Part shown: in pieces, positions 13,985 to 27,099 of the stretch
Layout: every line of letters begins with the position of its first letter
Numbering within the stretch: the first letter of the stretch is position 1
Made by a program: the position numbers and the translations under genes
Source of the DNA: Eledone cirrhosa
Taxonomy: Eukaryota
Reading direction: 5' to 3'
NCBI GenBank assembly: GCA_964016885.1
Contig: OZ024747.1
Coordinates: 62,682,001-62,746,000 of the forward strand
Length of the DNA: 64,000 nucleotides
Notes under the pieces: model-generated
What the model saw: the letters and a program-made list of their open reading frames with translations, nothing else
What the model was told of the DNA's origin: nothing
Database searches by the model: none

Positions 13985-14222
13985 AATAATAAATACAAAG
14001 GCCAAAATCCAGAGAGAGCTCGATAAGGGTTGTATATATATCAGTATATATATATAAACCCGCAGAGCTAATATTTATTATCAGCACAGATTAAAAGTTT
14101 AAGCAAGCAATTTCTGCTTTCACCATGTAGCTCGATCTTCTAATACTGAAGTTTCAGAAGATTTAGTTTTAGAGGGAAAGCAGAAATTATTTGCTTAAAC
14201 TTTTTCTCTGTACTAATAATAA
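13985..14222. mobile_element. TA-embedded fold-back element, family F, with two variant hammerhead-like motifs
   Basis: Inverted arms 14072-14145 / 14150-14222; tail gagagctcgataagg shared with the 45136 array and 54020-54050. Confidence 0.55.
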
Positions 14223-14225
14223 ATA

Positions 14226-14300
14226 CAGGGTGTCCCAAAAATTTATATACACTTCATCCGCATTCTAATAAATATGTGTATATATTTTTGGGACACCCTG
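14226..14300. mobile_element. 75-bp Tc1/mariner-type MITE
   Basis: TIR cagggtgtcccaaaaat / atttttgggacaccctg with TA on both sides. Confidence 0.85.
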
Positions 14301-14309
14301 TATATTGAC

Positions 14310-14455
14310 AGTCGATCGACGTTCGTCAAATCGGACCGAGGAAACAATGTTTCCATTGGATTTTCCAATTGTTAATACTATCTGTCGGTCACAACTCAAG
14401 GTAGAAGGAGCAACGTGAAATAAAGTGTCTTGTTCAAAGACATAACGCAATATAA

Positions 14456-14496
<41 letters not shown>

Positions 14497-14866
14497 TCGT
14501 TTGTTTTGATGTTTTTATTTTCCTTTTACACGCACACACGCGTGTGTGCGTGTAAAAATTCAAAACTTTAGAAAATTAAGGATTTCTGTACAAATCACAT
14601 TATATAGAGGATATGTTAAAGATTTGAAGATACAACGAAAAGAAATTAGTTCATATAAAATATATTATATTTGTTAGAGAATTGGATTCACAATCGTGAG
14701 GTTGTGAGTTCGATTCCCGGACCCGGTGATGCGTTATGTCCTTCAGCAAGACACTTTATTTCACGTTGCTCCTTCTACCTGGAGTTGCGACCGGAGATAG
14801 TATTAGCAATCGGATAAACCAATGGAAACATTGTTTCTTCGGTTCGATTTGAGAAAGTCGATCGAC
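14310..14866. mobile_element. Two S2 SINE copies in opposite orientation (14310-14450 -, 14680-14866 +)
   Basis: Both match the S2 consensus. Confidence 0.75.
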
Positions 14867-15779
14867 TATCGATAGCTACATAGCAATCTAAACAGAAATA
14901 ATCAATAATAATTTTATGGTGCTCACTAATTGTAGCAGTGCCATGCAGGGTTGGATTTCGACCTTGGGTCACACCTCATACACAAAAAAATAGAATACAC
15001 AGTCCCCCCTTCCAAATTTTACATATCAAAGTTAGCTTGGCGCAAGTTATTGCAAAGTTATACATACAGGTATTAAATTAAAAAATTCTAGCCATCTTAA
15101 AATTTAAAAGCCCAGCAGAGGTCACAAATAAATTGCTACGGCCGTTGCTGGTGGGATTCCCCACTGCAGGGGGCCCGGGGCAATTTCCCCCTTTTTGTTG
15201 GCTTTGTGCCTAAATCAGAAACGATTATTAAAATCAGAAACCATTATTTTACTGAGATGAAAGCGACAACAAAATAAAACAAACTTTAGCCATTTTATTG
15301 CTTTGTGAGGATTTCAAGGATGGATGACGTCATTAGGAAAACTTAGTAAATTAGCACATAAACTTAATTTACCAATAAACTGAAACCCCCCCCCCCCCCC
15401 CCCCCCCAACGAAATGAGAAAATAATTATTAGAAAATTAAACTTTAATATTTTATTTGTCAAATAATACTATTAAACCAGCTGAGTCTTTCGAAAACTTT
15501 TGATATGTAAACTGCAAATTATATTGAATTTATGCAAGTTATGTCATTAATTTCAGTTTATATTGCAGTTGAAAAAGTAGATGAATTAGTTTCAAATCCA
15601 GTAATTCTCGTGTTATATTGCTATTTATTCACATTATAAGGTTACTGGAGTGTTGGCTTTAGTTAATGTCAAGCATTGCGTGTCTGTCAGTATTTTAAAC
15701 ATCTTATACACCATTTTATTTGAGACTGGTGATTCATTGATTTCTCTTCTGATTAATTTCTGTATCTCGAATAATAATC

Positions 15780-16100
15780 GTTTCTGATTTAGGCACCAGG
15801 CCAACAATTTTGGGTTTGGGTAAAGTCGATTAAATCGACTCCAGTGCGTTACTGGTACTTTATTTTATCGACCTCGTAAGGATGAAAGGCAAAGCTAACC
15901 TTGGCGGGGTTAGCTTTAGTAATAATAATTGTTTCTACTTTTGGCACAAGGCCGGCAATTACCCAGTGCATTACTGGTACTTTATTTTATCGACCCCGTA
16001 AGGATCAAAGGCAAAGTTAACCTCGGCGGGATTTGAACTCAGATCGTAAAGGGACGTAACTAAGCTGGAAAGCATGTCCGGCCCTCTACCGACACGCCAG
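15780..16100 (-). mobile_element. Two adjacent S1 SINE copies
   Basis: Two successive actggtactttattttatcgacc...aaggcaaag units. Confidence 0.8.
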
Positions 16101-16368
16101 TGCATCCTACTGTATTTTAAAAAATTTGGTAAGGGTAAATTTTAGGGAGATTTAAGTGCTATTTCTAGCAGATAGACCCAACGTATAGTGTCTTGCTTGC
16201 TTACTTCATGTGTATATTTCGGAATAATTCATTTTAGGCTGTGCGATTAGGGAATTCGCTTCAAAATTACAGTTTCGAGGTTATTCCAACTGAGTAGCTT
16301 CTATTATAGCTTTGAATTGACCAATGTATTGAGTAACATTTAGCAGGCGGAAACTGTGTGAAAGCCTG

Positions 16369-16436
<68 letters not shown>

Positions 16437-16439
<3 letters not shown>

Positions 16440-16523
16440 AAAATGTTCAAGTTCCCGGCGGCAGAGCTCAAGCTGTTTCGACGGCTATTTCTGGACTGGC
16501 TCCTTACCACACTCCCTTCGTTA
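16437..16523. mobile_element. Short family A fold-back element
   Basis: Inverted arm aggaaaa...gtttcgacggctatttctgg joined to tail end ccttaccac...ttcgtta; TA-flanked. Confidence 0.65.
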
Positions 16524-16584
16524 TATATATATCTATCTAGTCCTGTAGAATTCATTTCTATATTAAACTTTGTATATATATATA

Positions 16585-16620
<36 letters not shown>

Positions 16621-16623
<3 letters not shown>

Positions 16624-16679
16624 GTAAGTATGTATGTATACGTACATACATATATGTATACAGACGTACAGTAGCATGC

Positions 16680-16757
<78 letters not shown>

Positions 16758-16861
16758 GCATACAGGTACACATACATATATGCACGCATCAGTTTAGCCT
16801 ACGTTTATTATAACGCCGGCCGCTTTGTTCGTTTGTTTGTCAACAATGTGTACCTGTATGC

Positions 16862-16939
<78 letters not shown>

Positions 16940-17398
16940 ATATATATATATATGCATGCTACTGTACGTCTGTATACATATATGTATGTACGTATACATA
17001 CATACTTACATCTAAGTAAGTGCCATACTAAGAGTGAGAAATGAAATTTCGTTTTCATTTTTTTTCAACTTATCGTTTTCGGTATGCCTGACCGATTTAA
17101 CTCACTCAATATGCAAATTAGGCTGCTCAGCCGTTAATTTTCATAAGGAAAGTATATACTTTCGAACGTTCAACTATCTGGCAGATGGGTAAACGGTGCT
17201 GATGATAGCTAACAAGCTTGAAACTAGTACATCGTTCCTGTGTCAGTGTTGAACAAAATGTGACGTGGTTGCCTTAACACCGTATGGCATAAATTCAGGC
17301 TGTTCAGTTTGTTGACAAACAAACGAACAAAGCGGCCGGCGTTATAATAAACGTAGGCTAAACTGATGCGTGCATATATGTATGTGTACCTGTATGCA

Positions 17399-17469
<71 letters not shown>

Positions 17470-17604
17470 ATATATATATATATATGCATGCTACTGTACG
17501 TCTGTATACATATATGTATGTACGTATACATACATACTTACATTTAAGTAAGTGCCATACTAAGAGTGAGAAATGAAATTTCGTTTTCATTTTTTTTCAA
17601 CTTA
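16621..17604 (+). mobile_element. Hammerhead-bearing non-autonomous element, family B (inverted arm + partial tandem, ~535 bp monomer)
   Basis: 16847-17072 repeated directly at 17383-17604; 16621-16846 is the reverse complement of 17309-17544; TA-flanked; no ORF. Confidence 0.8.
17192..17236 (+). ncRNA. Minimal type I hammerhead ribozyme (canonical core)
   Basis: aacggtg-CTGATGA-t-agc(taacaa)gct-t-GAAA-ctag-TA-catcgtt: stem I 7 bp, stem II, palindromic stem III, GUA cleavage triplet. Confidence 0.85.
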
Positions 17605-17635
17605 TATATATATATATATATATAAAGTTATATAT

Positions 17636-17782
17636 AGAAATGAATTCTACAGGACTAGAGCTGTTTCATTCAAAAGAAATCCTCAGGATTTCTTTTGAAT
17701 GAAACAGCTGTAGAAGCCATTTCTATATTAAACTTGATGTTCACACTCTAATATATTGTGGTTACCTCGATTGAAACTGTGA

Positions 17783-17787
<5 letters not shown>
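17636..17787 (+). mobile_element. TA-embedded fold-back element, family I
   Basis: 25-bp-arm palindrome agctgtttcattcaaaagaaatcct-c-aggatttcttttgaatgaaacagct; GAAA-cagctg-TA resembles a hammerhead 3' half; related fragment at 16535-16570. Confidence 0.55.
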
Positions 17788-17870
<83 letters not shown>

Positions 17871-18864
17871 CAGACAATCATACAGAGATGTGTGTGTCTA
17901 TTCATGTGTTCATGATACGTAATTAGTGATTTGACAAAACAAGATCGATAAAAGAAGTATTAAATATTTAATTAAAGTTACAGGGTTGATATGAGCGTAT
18001 ATATCCCTCGTAGGTGGTCTCCTGCCTTGGGCACAGACTAATGACGGAAACTAATAAAAGAATACCACATATTTACATATGTGGGGATATGAAAGAAAGC
18101 ATTATTAAATGCTGCCATGTATATAGCAAATAAAGCAGTGAGTGTAAATTTGACTATTAGTCCGGCTTCTGTGAGATGCACACGATCTGTAAATGGTTGA
18201 TGGTGTTATAACAAATAATTGATTTAGAGGAATAACTTCCGTCTTTTGTGTTTCAGATATTTAATGGTGTTATTAGCGCAAAGTTATTAGATGTGACGAG
18301 CGTAGAATTGCTCAGTTTTAAGACCTCTTTAAATTAGTCGCTCATAAATGATAACTATTTGTGTCAGGAATCTGCATTTAATCAGGAATAAAGCCGGGTT
18401 ACTATCAAAATGAATTTAAGTTAATACACGTCTTCTTCGATATACATTTATTGCTACAAAATTTCCGGATCATAATTTGATCTCTAAACAAGACCTATCG
18501 CTCAAATGAATCCATTAATTTATAAACTCATATATATTGTAGTTTACATATACACAGGGGTAATAGGTTCTTTTTGTATTTAGTTTATTGCATTGTGCGT
18601 AGAAGTGAAGGCACGTGACATAGTGGTTACGGTATTTTGGGCTCACGGTCATAGGGTCGTGTGCTTAGTTCCTGGCTGCACATTGTGTCCTTGAGCAAGT
18701 CACTTTTTTCATGCTACACCAGTCCATCCAATTGAGAAACATGAGTTTTATCTGATTACGTTAAGTGTAAAGATGTCTGTTGAATACTCAGCTAATTGAA
18801 GATTAATTATAATCTACAAAATACTTCATCAATACTAGTATAGTAACTGCTAGTATAATCACTG

Positions 18865-19240
18865 CGCCCATCCCCCGTCTCTCTCACTATTATAAGTAAA
18901 TGGGAGCCCTCACGCTGACCGCCCCACGGACAGAATAAAGAAGTTGCTTCCCCGGAGGACGGTGAGGAGACGCCTTTTAAGAGCCATTCCAGCTGGTGAG
19001 GCTCACCTGAGGGTAGCCAACTTCGTGCCGATGGTGGTGAATATGGAGGTGATCAGAACACCAGAAGTCACCAACTCCGTGTCGATGATGGTGAGCAGGA
19101 AGGTGGTTTTATGTTCAAAGACACCAGAATTCTCCAACTCTGTACCGATGGTGGTGAGTAGGGATGTGGTTCAAGGGCCAATGACACCAGAAGTCCCCAC
19201 TGCTACGGGCTCGACCACCAAACTTATCGCAGAGGTTCAC
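18865..19240 (-). mobile_element. Degenerate CRE-like 3' fragment with an internally triplicated ~55-60 bp segment
   Basis: Homologous to 5945-6205; ccaac...cgatg(g/a)tggtga...acaccagaa occurs three times. Confidence 0.6.
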
Positions 19241-19599
19241 TGAGATGATCATAGAACAGATGTAATATAATATCAACAGAAATTAGAATTAGAAAGTGGA
19301 ACCCGTCAACGTTTTGATGACTTTCATATTTTAAATAAGTTATTTTTTGGTGGAATAGTAACTACAAACTTATTTCTGAAATTGGGTTATGGTAGTTTAA
19401 TAAGATAAATGTATATATAAAAGATTTCTCTCTCTCTCCCTCTACACACACACACAGACACACACAGACACAGACGCACACATACACTCGCACACACAAG
19501 ATAATTCCTAAAGACCGCAAAATGATGATAACGCCATTTCGCCTGACAATGTAGCTTAGGAAATAATGAAATCAGACAAAAGACTTTTGCTATCTGAGA

Positions 19600-19790
19600 T
19601 ACACAATAAATATATCAATCATAAGACTATATACAACAATAAATATATCAATCATAAAACTATATACAACAATAAATATATCAATCATAAGACTATATAC
19701 AACAATAAATATATCAATCATAAAACTATATACAACAATATATATATCAGTCACAAGATATACAACAATACATATATCAGTCACAAAATT
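19600..19790. repeat. 33-bp minisatellite (~4 copies plus two 30-bp variants)
   Basis: acaataaatatatcaatcataa(g/a)actatataca repeated. Confidence 0.9.
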
Positions 19791-19940
19791 ATATCAAAGA
19801 AGATAGGAACAAAGGTAAATTTATAATCTGATAAGTACACCATACACATATATATAAGATCACGTTTTCGTATAGCACATTGTTAGAAACATACATATAT
19901 ACGTATATATACACATATATATAGAGAGAGAGAGATAAAT

Positions 19941-20378
19941 ATACAAGGGTGTGTATGATTGTGTATAGAAGATTATATTAATAAAAGGAATTCTAACTTT
20001 GTCTGATCTACTCGTTTTATTTACAATCCTTTAAAATTTATAATGGTATTAGAATGAAATAGTATGGTAGAATATTAAATGTTAAGTGTTAATTGAAAAA
20101 GTACTTTCATGCTTTCGCAATCTTCAGGTTCATATTGTGTGGTGACAGTCAAGTTTGCAATTTTCAACTGTTTTCAACAATTTTCGACAGTTGAAAATTG
20201 CAAACTTTACTGTCACCACACAATATGAACCTGAAGATTGCGAAAGCATGAAAGTAAGTACTTTCAATTAACACTTAACATTTAATATTCTACCATACTA
20301 TTTCATTCTAATACCATTATAAATTTTAAAGGATTGTAAATAAAACGAGTAAATCAGACAAAGTTGGAATTCTTTTTA

Positions 20379-20382
<4 letters not shown>
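19941..20382. mobile_element. TA-embedded fold-back element, family E (~195 bp arms)
   Basis: 19978-20172 is the reverse complement of 20188-20381; short unique tail at left. Confidence 0.75.
20094..20132 (-). ncRNA. Minimal hammerhead motif, family E (mirror copy at 20226-20266 +)
   Basis: tgaac-CTGAAGA-t-tgc(gaaa)gca-t-GAAA-gtac-TT-tttca; GNRA-capped stem II, palindromic GTAC stem III; stem I partly decayed. Confidence 0.6.
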
Positions 20383-20447
<65 letters not shown>

Positions 20448-20793
20448 ACATACATATATATGCATATATGTATACATACTTATATATACATACACGCACG
20501 CACGCGCACATATATACATACATATATAAATACATATATATACATGTATTTATTTATACATTTCGTTATTTTTTAAGTTTTATTTCTCTGTAAAATTCTG
20601 TAATGGAAAACTATATTTGTTGATGATGACATCAGGACTTCGCTATATTGGCTGACACAAACCAGTGGAGTTACTTGTAAGGGATTAACATCGACATAGG
20701 GGATAAGCGTTAAATTAAAAGAAGACAATTTTGAATTGATGGGGAAATTGTGCTGTCATGTATAATATCAGCTTGGCTTCATAGCTCGCTCTG

Positions 20794-21287
20794 GTCGATC
20801 GACAAGATCCCAGACCTCATTCGTTTGCCGAGTAGGGTGGACCTCGTCAGATTGGACCAAGGAACCAATGTTTCCATTGGTCTTTCCATTGCTGATACTA
20901 TCTATTGGTCGCAACCAAGGGCCTTGTTTCACGGGGATACCGAGGAACAAGCCCCCGTCCCCACACTTTTTCAAACGTCTATGTTTTATTTTTTGTTTAT
21001 GTGATATAATAAATTCTTTTTAAGCTTATTTTTTTTATATCTGAACTTCAGTTGAATATATAAAATTTAATTAGCGTAAAATTTTACTTATGTGATACAA
21101 ATGTTGGTTGTCCGCCCACCTCACATTTTTAAGGCAAACGAGGCCCCTGGTCGCAACCCCTGGCAGAAGGAGTACTGTGAAATAAACTGTCTTACTCGAG
21201 GACACAATGCATCATTCAGTCCGAGAATTGAACTCACGACCTCACGATTGCGAATCCAACTCTATAACCGCTAAGCCACGCGCCTTC
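20794..21287 (-). mobile_element. S2 SINE interrupted by a hAT-type MITE
   Basis: SINE sequence resumes after the 20916-21149 insertion. Confidence 0.75.
20916..21149. mobile_element. hAT-type MITE
   Basis: TIRs caagggccttgttt / aaacgaggcccctg and an 8-bp TSD gtcgcaac on both sides; a 5' end of the same family at ~6598-6637. Confidence 0.8.
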
Positions 21288-22031
21288 ACTAGTGAAGATA
21301 TCTTATACGTGAAAATATCTACAGTGATATCCTTTCCGTCCCATGGTGCACACGAGGATATACGTTGGTTCCTGTTTGGATGTGGTTTATTCTATTGGGT
21401 CGTCAAGTATGAGATTTGTAGAAGTTTTTTTTTCTACAAATTTCATACTTGAACCCAATATATATTTCAACTTATAGGTTGAAAACATTTCTAGCGATAT
21501 CTCTGAAGTAGTGGGGAAGATTTGTTGACTATTTCTCTATTCGGCCATAATTTAGTTGTGCGATAGTTAGTGTTTTCTGTAATGTGTTGAATGACCAGGG
21601 TTAGCTTTAGACCTTGGGGAGCCCGTGGCACTTCAGGTTTTTTTTATTTTTGGTGGGGACGATTGTCTCATGCACAAGAAAATTAGAATACACAGCAAAC
21701 CCCCAATTTTACATATTGAAGTTTAGCTTTGTGCAAGCAATTGGAATTGAAAAGTTATACATACAGGTATTAAATAAAGAAAAATTCTAACCATCCTAAA
21801 ACTAAAAAGCCCTGGAGAGGGCACAAATAAATTGCTACGGCCGTCGCTGGTGGGCCCCCCAATGCAAGGGCCCGGGACAATTGTCTCCTTTGACCCCTCA
21901 CCCCCATTAAATCCGGCACCGTGAATGATCATGAGCAGGTTGTGGTGGTTGCAGCTTCTACCGTATATTGATTTTCCTTCTGAAGGGATAATGTTTGTCG
22001 TATTTACGTTTAGGTAACTATCTCCCTCAAA

Positions 22032-22688
22032 CACTCCCTCCAGCGGGTCCTGTCAGAAGCAACCGTCTTCAATTGATCCCCCTGGATCCCCAACCGTGAC
22101 CAGCCAAGCTCATGGATGTTATCCAACCACATTGCTTGGAGTCTACCCTGGGTCTCTTGCCGTTTGGTTTTGCCCGTAAAATCTATCCAGTGATTCTTTC
22201 CTGAGACATTCTAACCCCATGCCCATAGAATCGGAGCTGTGATCTCTCAAATCGAAGAAGTAGCGGCTCTACCTGGAGTGACTCTCTTATCCCCGAGCTA
22301 TGCACTTTATCGAGTAACATTACTCCAAAGACCCTTCGGAGGAATCCCATTGTATTCGTGATCATATTCTTTCGGTCATTAATTAAGATTCACGACCATA
22401 GCTAAGGGTTGCCACGAAAACCGAAGTGAAGATAGCGAGTTTGGCTTTTACACCTGCCTCTCTTCTGATTACTGAATGCTGAAGCTAGAGCATTATTGCA
22501 ACAGTTCCTGGAATTCTTGCACTTATTTCAGTCTCCTGCCTTCCATCACTCGTGAACACGGCCCCGAAATACTTGAACTTCTTTATCTGCTTCAGTGGAA
22601 CTCCATTCACATGTAGAGTGCACTGCGTAGGTTTCCTTGTGAGGACGAGTGTCTCAGTTTTCGCAGCACTGATTTTCATTCCAGCCAG
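22032..22688 (-). mobile_element. RTE-clade LINE 3' fragment (RT thumb/C-terminal region), disrupted
   Basis: MKISAAKT...L.Q...FKYFGAVFTSDG..E.EI.ARI and FLRRVFGV.LLDKV...IRE...E.SQLRFYGH.VRM motifs; stops and frameshifts present. Confidence 0.8.
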
Positions 22689-23579
22689 TTTTTTTTTTTA
22701 TTTATCGCAACTCTTCTGTCAAATTCTTAAAATATTTTATTGGTGTACTTTTAAGTCTGTGTAATGCTATTTCATGCTGTAGGATACTTCAAATCCGTTG
22801 TCTCTGTAAAGTTTTATTCTTGTACAAGTGTGCTTAGTTCTTTTGCTGTGTATTTTCTATGTATAATGAAACTAAAAAAGAAAGAGCTGTAGAGATATGA
22901 CTATATATGTGGATCTTTGCTCGACATTAACTGAAACATACAATGTATACGGATTTCAATTTTTTAAATTTTATATATATGTGTGTGTATGTGTGTGTGT
23001 GACATCATAATTAATTTCGAATGTGTGTATGTGTGTGTATGTATGCGTGCATCCTTCTAGGCCTTATTTCCTAATTATACCAAATGCAAGCAGGCAATTT
23101 CCTAGCTTGCTTAGATTATTTGAATTAGTTCTATTGCAGAAAAGAATCATGATTATATATTTGGGGAAGGTTCATACAATTTCACTTCGATGGTATTGAA
23201 ACATAAATGGAACCAGAGTAGTGGTAGTAGTGTTAGTAATATTGGTGGTGATGGTTGTGTTGGTTTTGATGGAGGTGGTCGTAGTAGTGATAGTAGTAGT
23301 AGTTGTGGTAATAGTGGTGGTTGTGGGTTGTGTTTGTCGTGGCGTTGGTGTAGCTTGTAATGGCGGTGTAAGAATGGTTGCGGCGATGTTAATAACAGTA
23401 AAAGAGAAGAGAGAACAGCATCAAACGTGATAAAAGTCTTTTTCTTATTTCCGATAATTACACGAACAAGCTTTAAGCGGAAATCATGCCAAATTTTAAA
23501 CATATTTTTATTGTAAATTAGAAAAAAATACGTGTTTAGCCTGTATTTAATTGCTTAGTCTTATTCTGATTTCAATACA

Positions 23580-24240
<661 letters not shown>

Positions 24241-24256
24241 TGTGCGTGTGTGAGTA

Positions 24257-24291
<35 letters not shown>

Positions 24292-24342
24292 TCACACACG
24301 CCTTGTGCCAAAAGTAGAAACAATTATATATATATAATATAA

Positions 24343-24523
24343 TCGTTTCTACTTTTGGCACAAGGCCAGCAATTATCCCAGTGTATTACTGGTATTTTAT
24401 TTTATCGACCCTGTAAGGATGAAAGGCAAAGTTAACCTCGAAGGGATTTGAACTCAGATCTTAAAGGGTTGTAACTGTATGCTAAAAAGCATGGCGTCCG
24501 ACCCTCTACCGATCTACCAATCC
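24343..24523 (-). mobile_element. SINE family S1, near full length
   Basis: Matches the S1 consensus. Confidence 0.8.
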
Positions 24524-24546
24524 ATCATATAACGTGCGTGTGTATG

Positions 24547-24582
<36 letters not shown>

Positions 24583-24589
<7 letters not shown>

Positions 24590-24886
24590 AAAAAGATGAA
24601 ATCGAAAATGCAACTGGAGTCTTATTTTTAAAAAAATATATATATTTATTTGGTTCCTTTACCGGTTTCGCAGTTCTTCTGCTTTTCAAAAGTAGAGTTG
24701 AGATGGAGGGTCTGTGGTTTTTCTCACATCTGGTTGGTCTCTGAATGTTACTTGTTTTATATGGAAAAAAGTGGCTCGAAATGCCAGGTTTTTAGAGAAG
24801 TAATTTGATTGGTTGGTCAATAATTATAATAAATTTCGCGCCTCTTTATAATAAATTTCGCCCCTTTTTTTAAGTAAAAAGGAATT

Positions 24887-24919
<33 letters not shown>

Positions 24920-25597
24920 GTCCACAAATAAACATACATATCTTTACTTTCTTTATTCAATAGAAAATCTGAATTCTGACACCCCAGCGAACTAACCATA
25001 TTCACTAAACCAGAACAATTCTCCCATCCAATTTCTCTTGACCATTATCTTTTGCTTGTCATAAAATTCTCTAAAAAGGCTACAGAATAGATTTCCAAAT
25101 AAGGGCGCGAAAATTTAATGAAAACTTGTTCACGTGACAGCCATAGTTTCATTTATAACCAATCAAATTACGTTTATTAAAAAAAAGCCTTCGTGAGCCC
25201 CCTTTTTTAAGTATATGAAAAAACAACCTGTGCCCCCCCCCCCTTTGTTTGAAGAACTTTGTAGTGCGAACTGGCGCGAAATTTATTATAATTATTGACC
25301 AACCAATCAAATTACTTCTCTAAAAACCTGGCATTTAGAGCCACTTTTTCCATATAAAACAAGTAACATTCAGAGACCAACCAGATGTGAGAAAAACCAC
25401 AGACCCTCCATCTCAACTCTACTTTTGAAAAGCAGAAGAACTGCGAAACCGGTAAAGGAACCAAATAAATATATATATATTTTTTAAAATAAGACTCCAG
25501 TTGCATTTTCGATTTCATCTTTTTTTCTTTATACTTTCACTCGTGTAGGACACCTCGGTTATTTTTCATTTTGTAAAAAAAAACCTCACTTTCTAAT
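24583..25597 (+). mobile_element. TA-embedded fold-back element, family G (~255 bp arms, ~430 bp spacer, ~70 nt tail)
   Basis: 24583-24842 is the reverse complement of 25275-25527; single-arm copy at 41841-42045. Confidence 0.75.
25422..25457 (+). ncRNA. Minimal hammerhead motif with U3:A8 core, family G (also 24657-24692 -, 41881-41916 +)
   Basis: ctt-TTGAAAA-gcag(aagaa)ctgc-GAAA-ccgg-TA-aag; perfect stem II, palindromic CCGG stem III, short stem I. Confidence 0.6.
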
Positions 25598-25867
25598 ATA
25601 TATATATATATTTGGGGGTGTATATGTGTGCATGTATGCGTATGTGTGTGTGAACGCATGTTCATATATATGTATGATCACGAGTGTCAACATTTATATA
25701 TATATAATTTTTCGAGTGATAAATTCCTCGTGAAATTTTGATATTAAAAGTACGCCGCAATAACACCTTGAAACTGTGTATATAAGGTTTTGTATAAGGT
25801 TGGGATCCGTTGGTATATTGTTAGTTAATTATAATTATTTATAATATTTATACTTAATTAGTAGCGA

Positions 25868-26340
25868 TAGAGTGCGTAGCTCGGAGACCAGAGTGTCACT
25901 TCAGGTAGAGCTGTTACTTCTCCGAATTGTGAAATCACAGCTCCGATACGATGGGCATGTGGGTAGAATGGGGTTCCCTCGAGGTGTCTTTAGGGTAACA
26001 TTACTCGATAGAATGTGTAACTCGGAGATCAGAGTTAGTCCCGATAGAGCCGCTACTTCTCCGAATTGAGAAACCACAGCTCCGATAATACGGGCATGTG
26101 GTTAGAATGTCTCAGGAAAGAATCGCTGGACAGATTTTACAGGCAAAAATCAACCGGCAAGAAACCCAGGGGTAGACTCCAATAAGATGGTTCGATAACA
26201 TCCATGAGCTTGGCTGCTCACGGTTGGGGATTCAGTCGGATCAATTGGAGATGGTTGCTTCTGACAGGACCCGCTGGAAGGAGTGTTTGAAGACTCTGCA
26301 TCCACAAGCCTCTCAGGAATAAGTGAGCGAAGCAGAAGAA
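25868..26340 (+). mobile_element. RTE-like LINE 3' end with an internal ~140 bp duplication
   Basis: SQLRY.GHV.RM motif twice; homologous to 22032-22350. Confidence 0.75.
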
Positions 26341-26712
26341 CAATATGCTTAATTAGTAACTGAAATCTTTTTTGTATGATTAGTAACAAACATGGCTGTC
26401 GTGCTGAAAGCTAGAAAGGTCAGCGGTGTTTTTATAAAATTCTAGAAATAAACCATGTATATAAAGTTTAGAATTTATTCCGATCATGACTATACCCAAA
26501 GTCATTAAATTCAGATTTGCACATCGACATTATAAACAACATGGATGTATAGGCGTGTGTGTTTGTGTGTGTGTGTGTGTGTGTGTATGTGTGCGTGTAT
26601 GTGTATGTGTGTGTGTGTGTGTATACACGTGTGCATGTGCATATGTTTATATGTACATGCATATATGTATATGCATACATGTACATGTATGTGAATGTGT
26701 ATATGCATGTAC

Positions 26713-26756
<44 letters not shown>

Positions 26757-27099
26757 TATATATATATATATACACACACAACGTGGTTGTACATGTGTAT
26801 GTTTATATAGCTATACGTGTATGTGTATATACGTATAGTGTGTCTGCATTATTGCATATGTAAGTGTGTATATTTATATATATACGTGTATACGTACATA
26901 TATATAAATCTGTATGTATATATGCATATATGTATGTATGTGTGAATATATACGTATGTGTGTGTGTCTATGTGTGAATATGAATATATATATATGTGTA
27001 TGTATGCGTGTATGTGTGACTATGCATATGTATATGTAAATATATATATATATGTGTGTGTGTGTATGTGTGTATGTGTGAATATAAATATATATATAT

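Noticed and set aside
19978-20381. Interpreting the long palindromic elements as DNA-transposon MITEs
   Set aside because: They are asymmetric (one-sided tail), have variable centres, occur as single-arm and partial-tandem forms, and carry hammerhead motifs, unlike the true TIR/TSD MITEs in the window.
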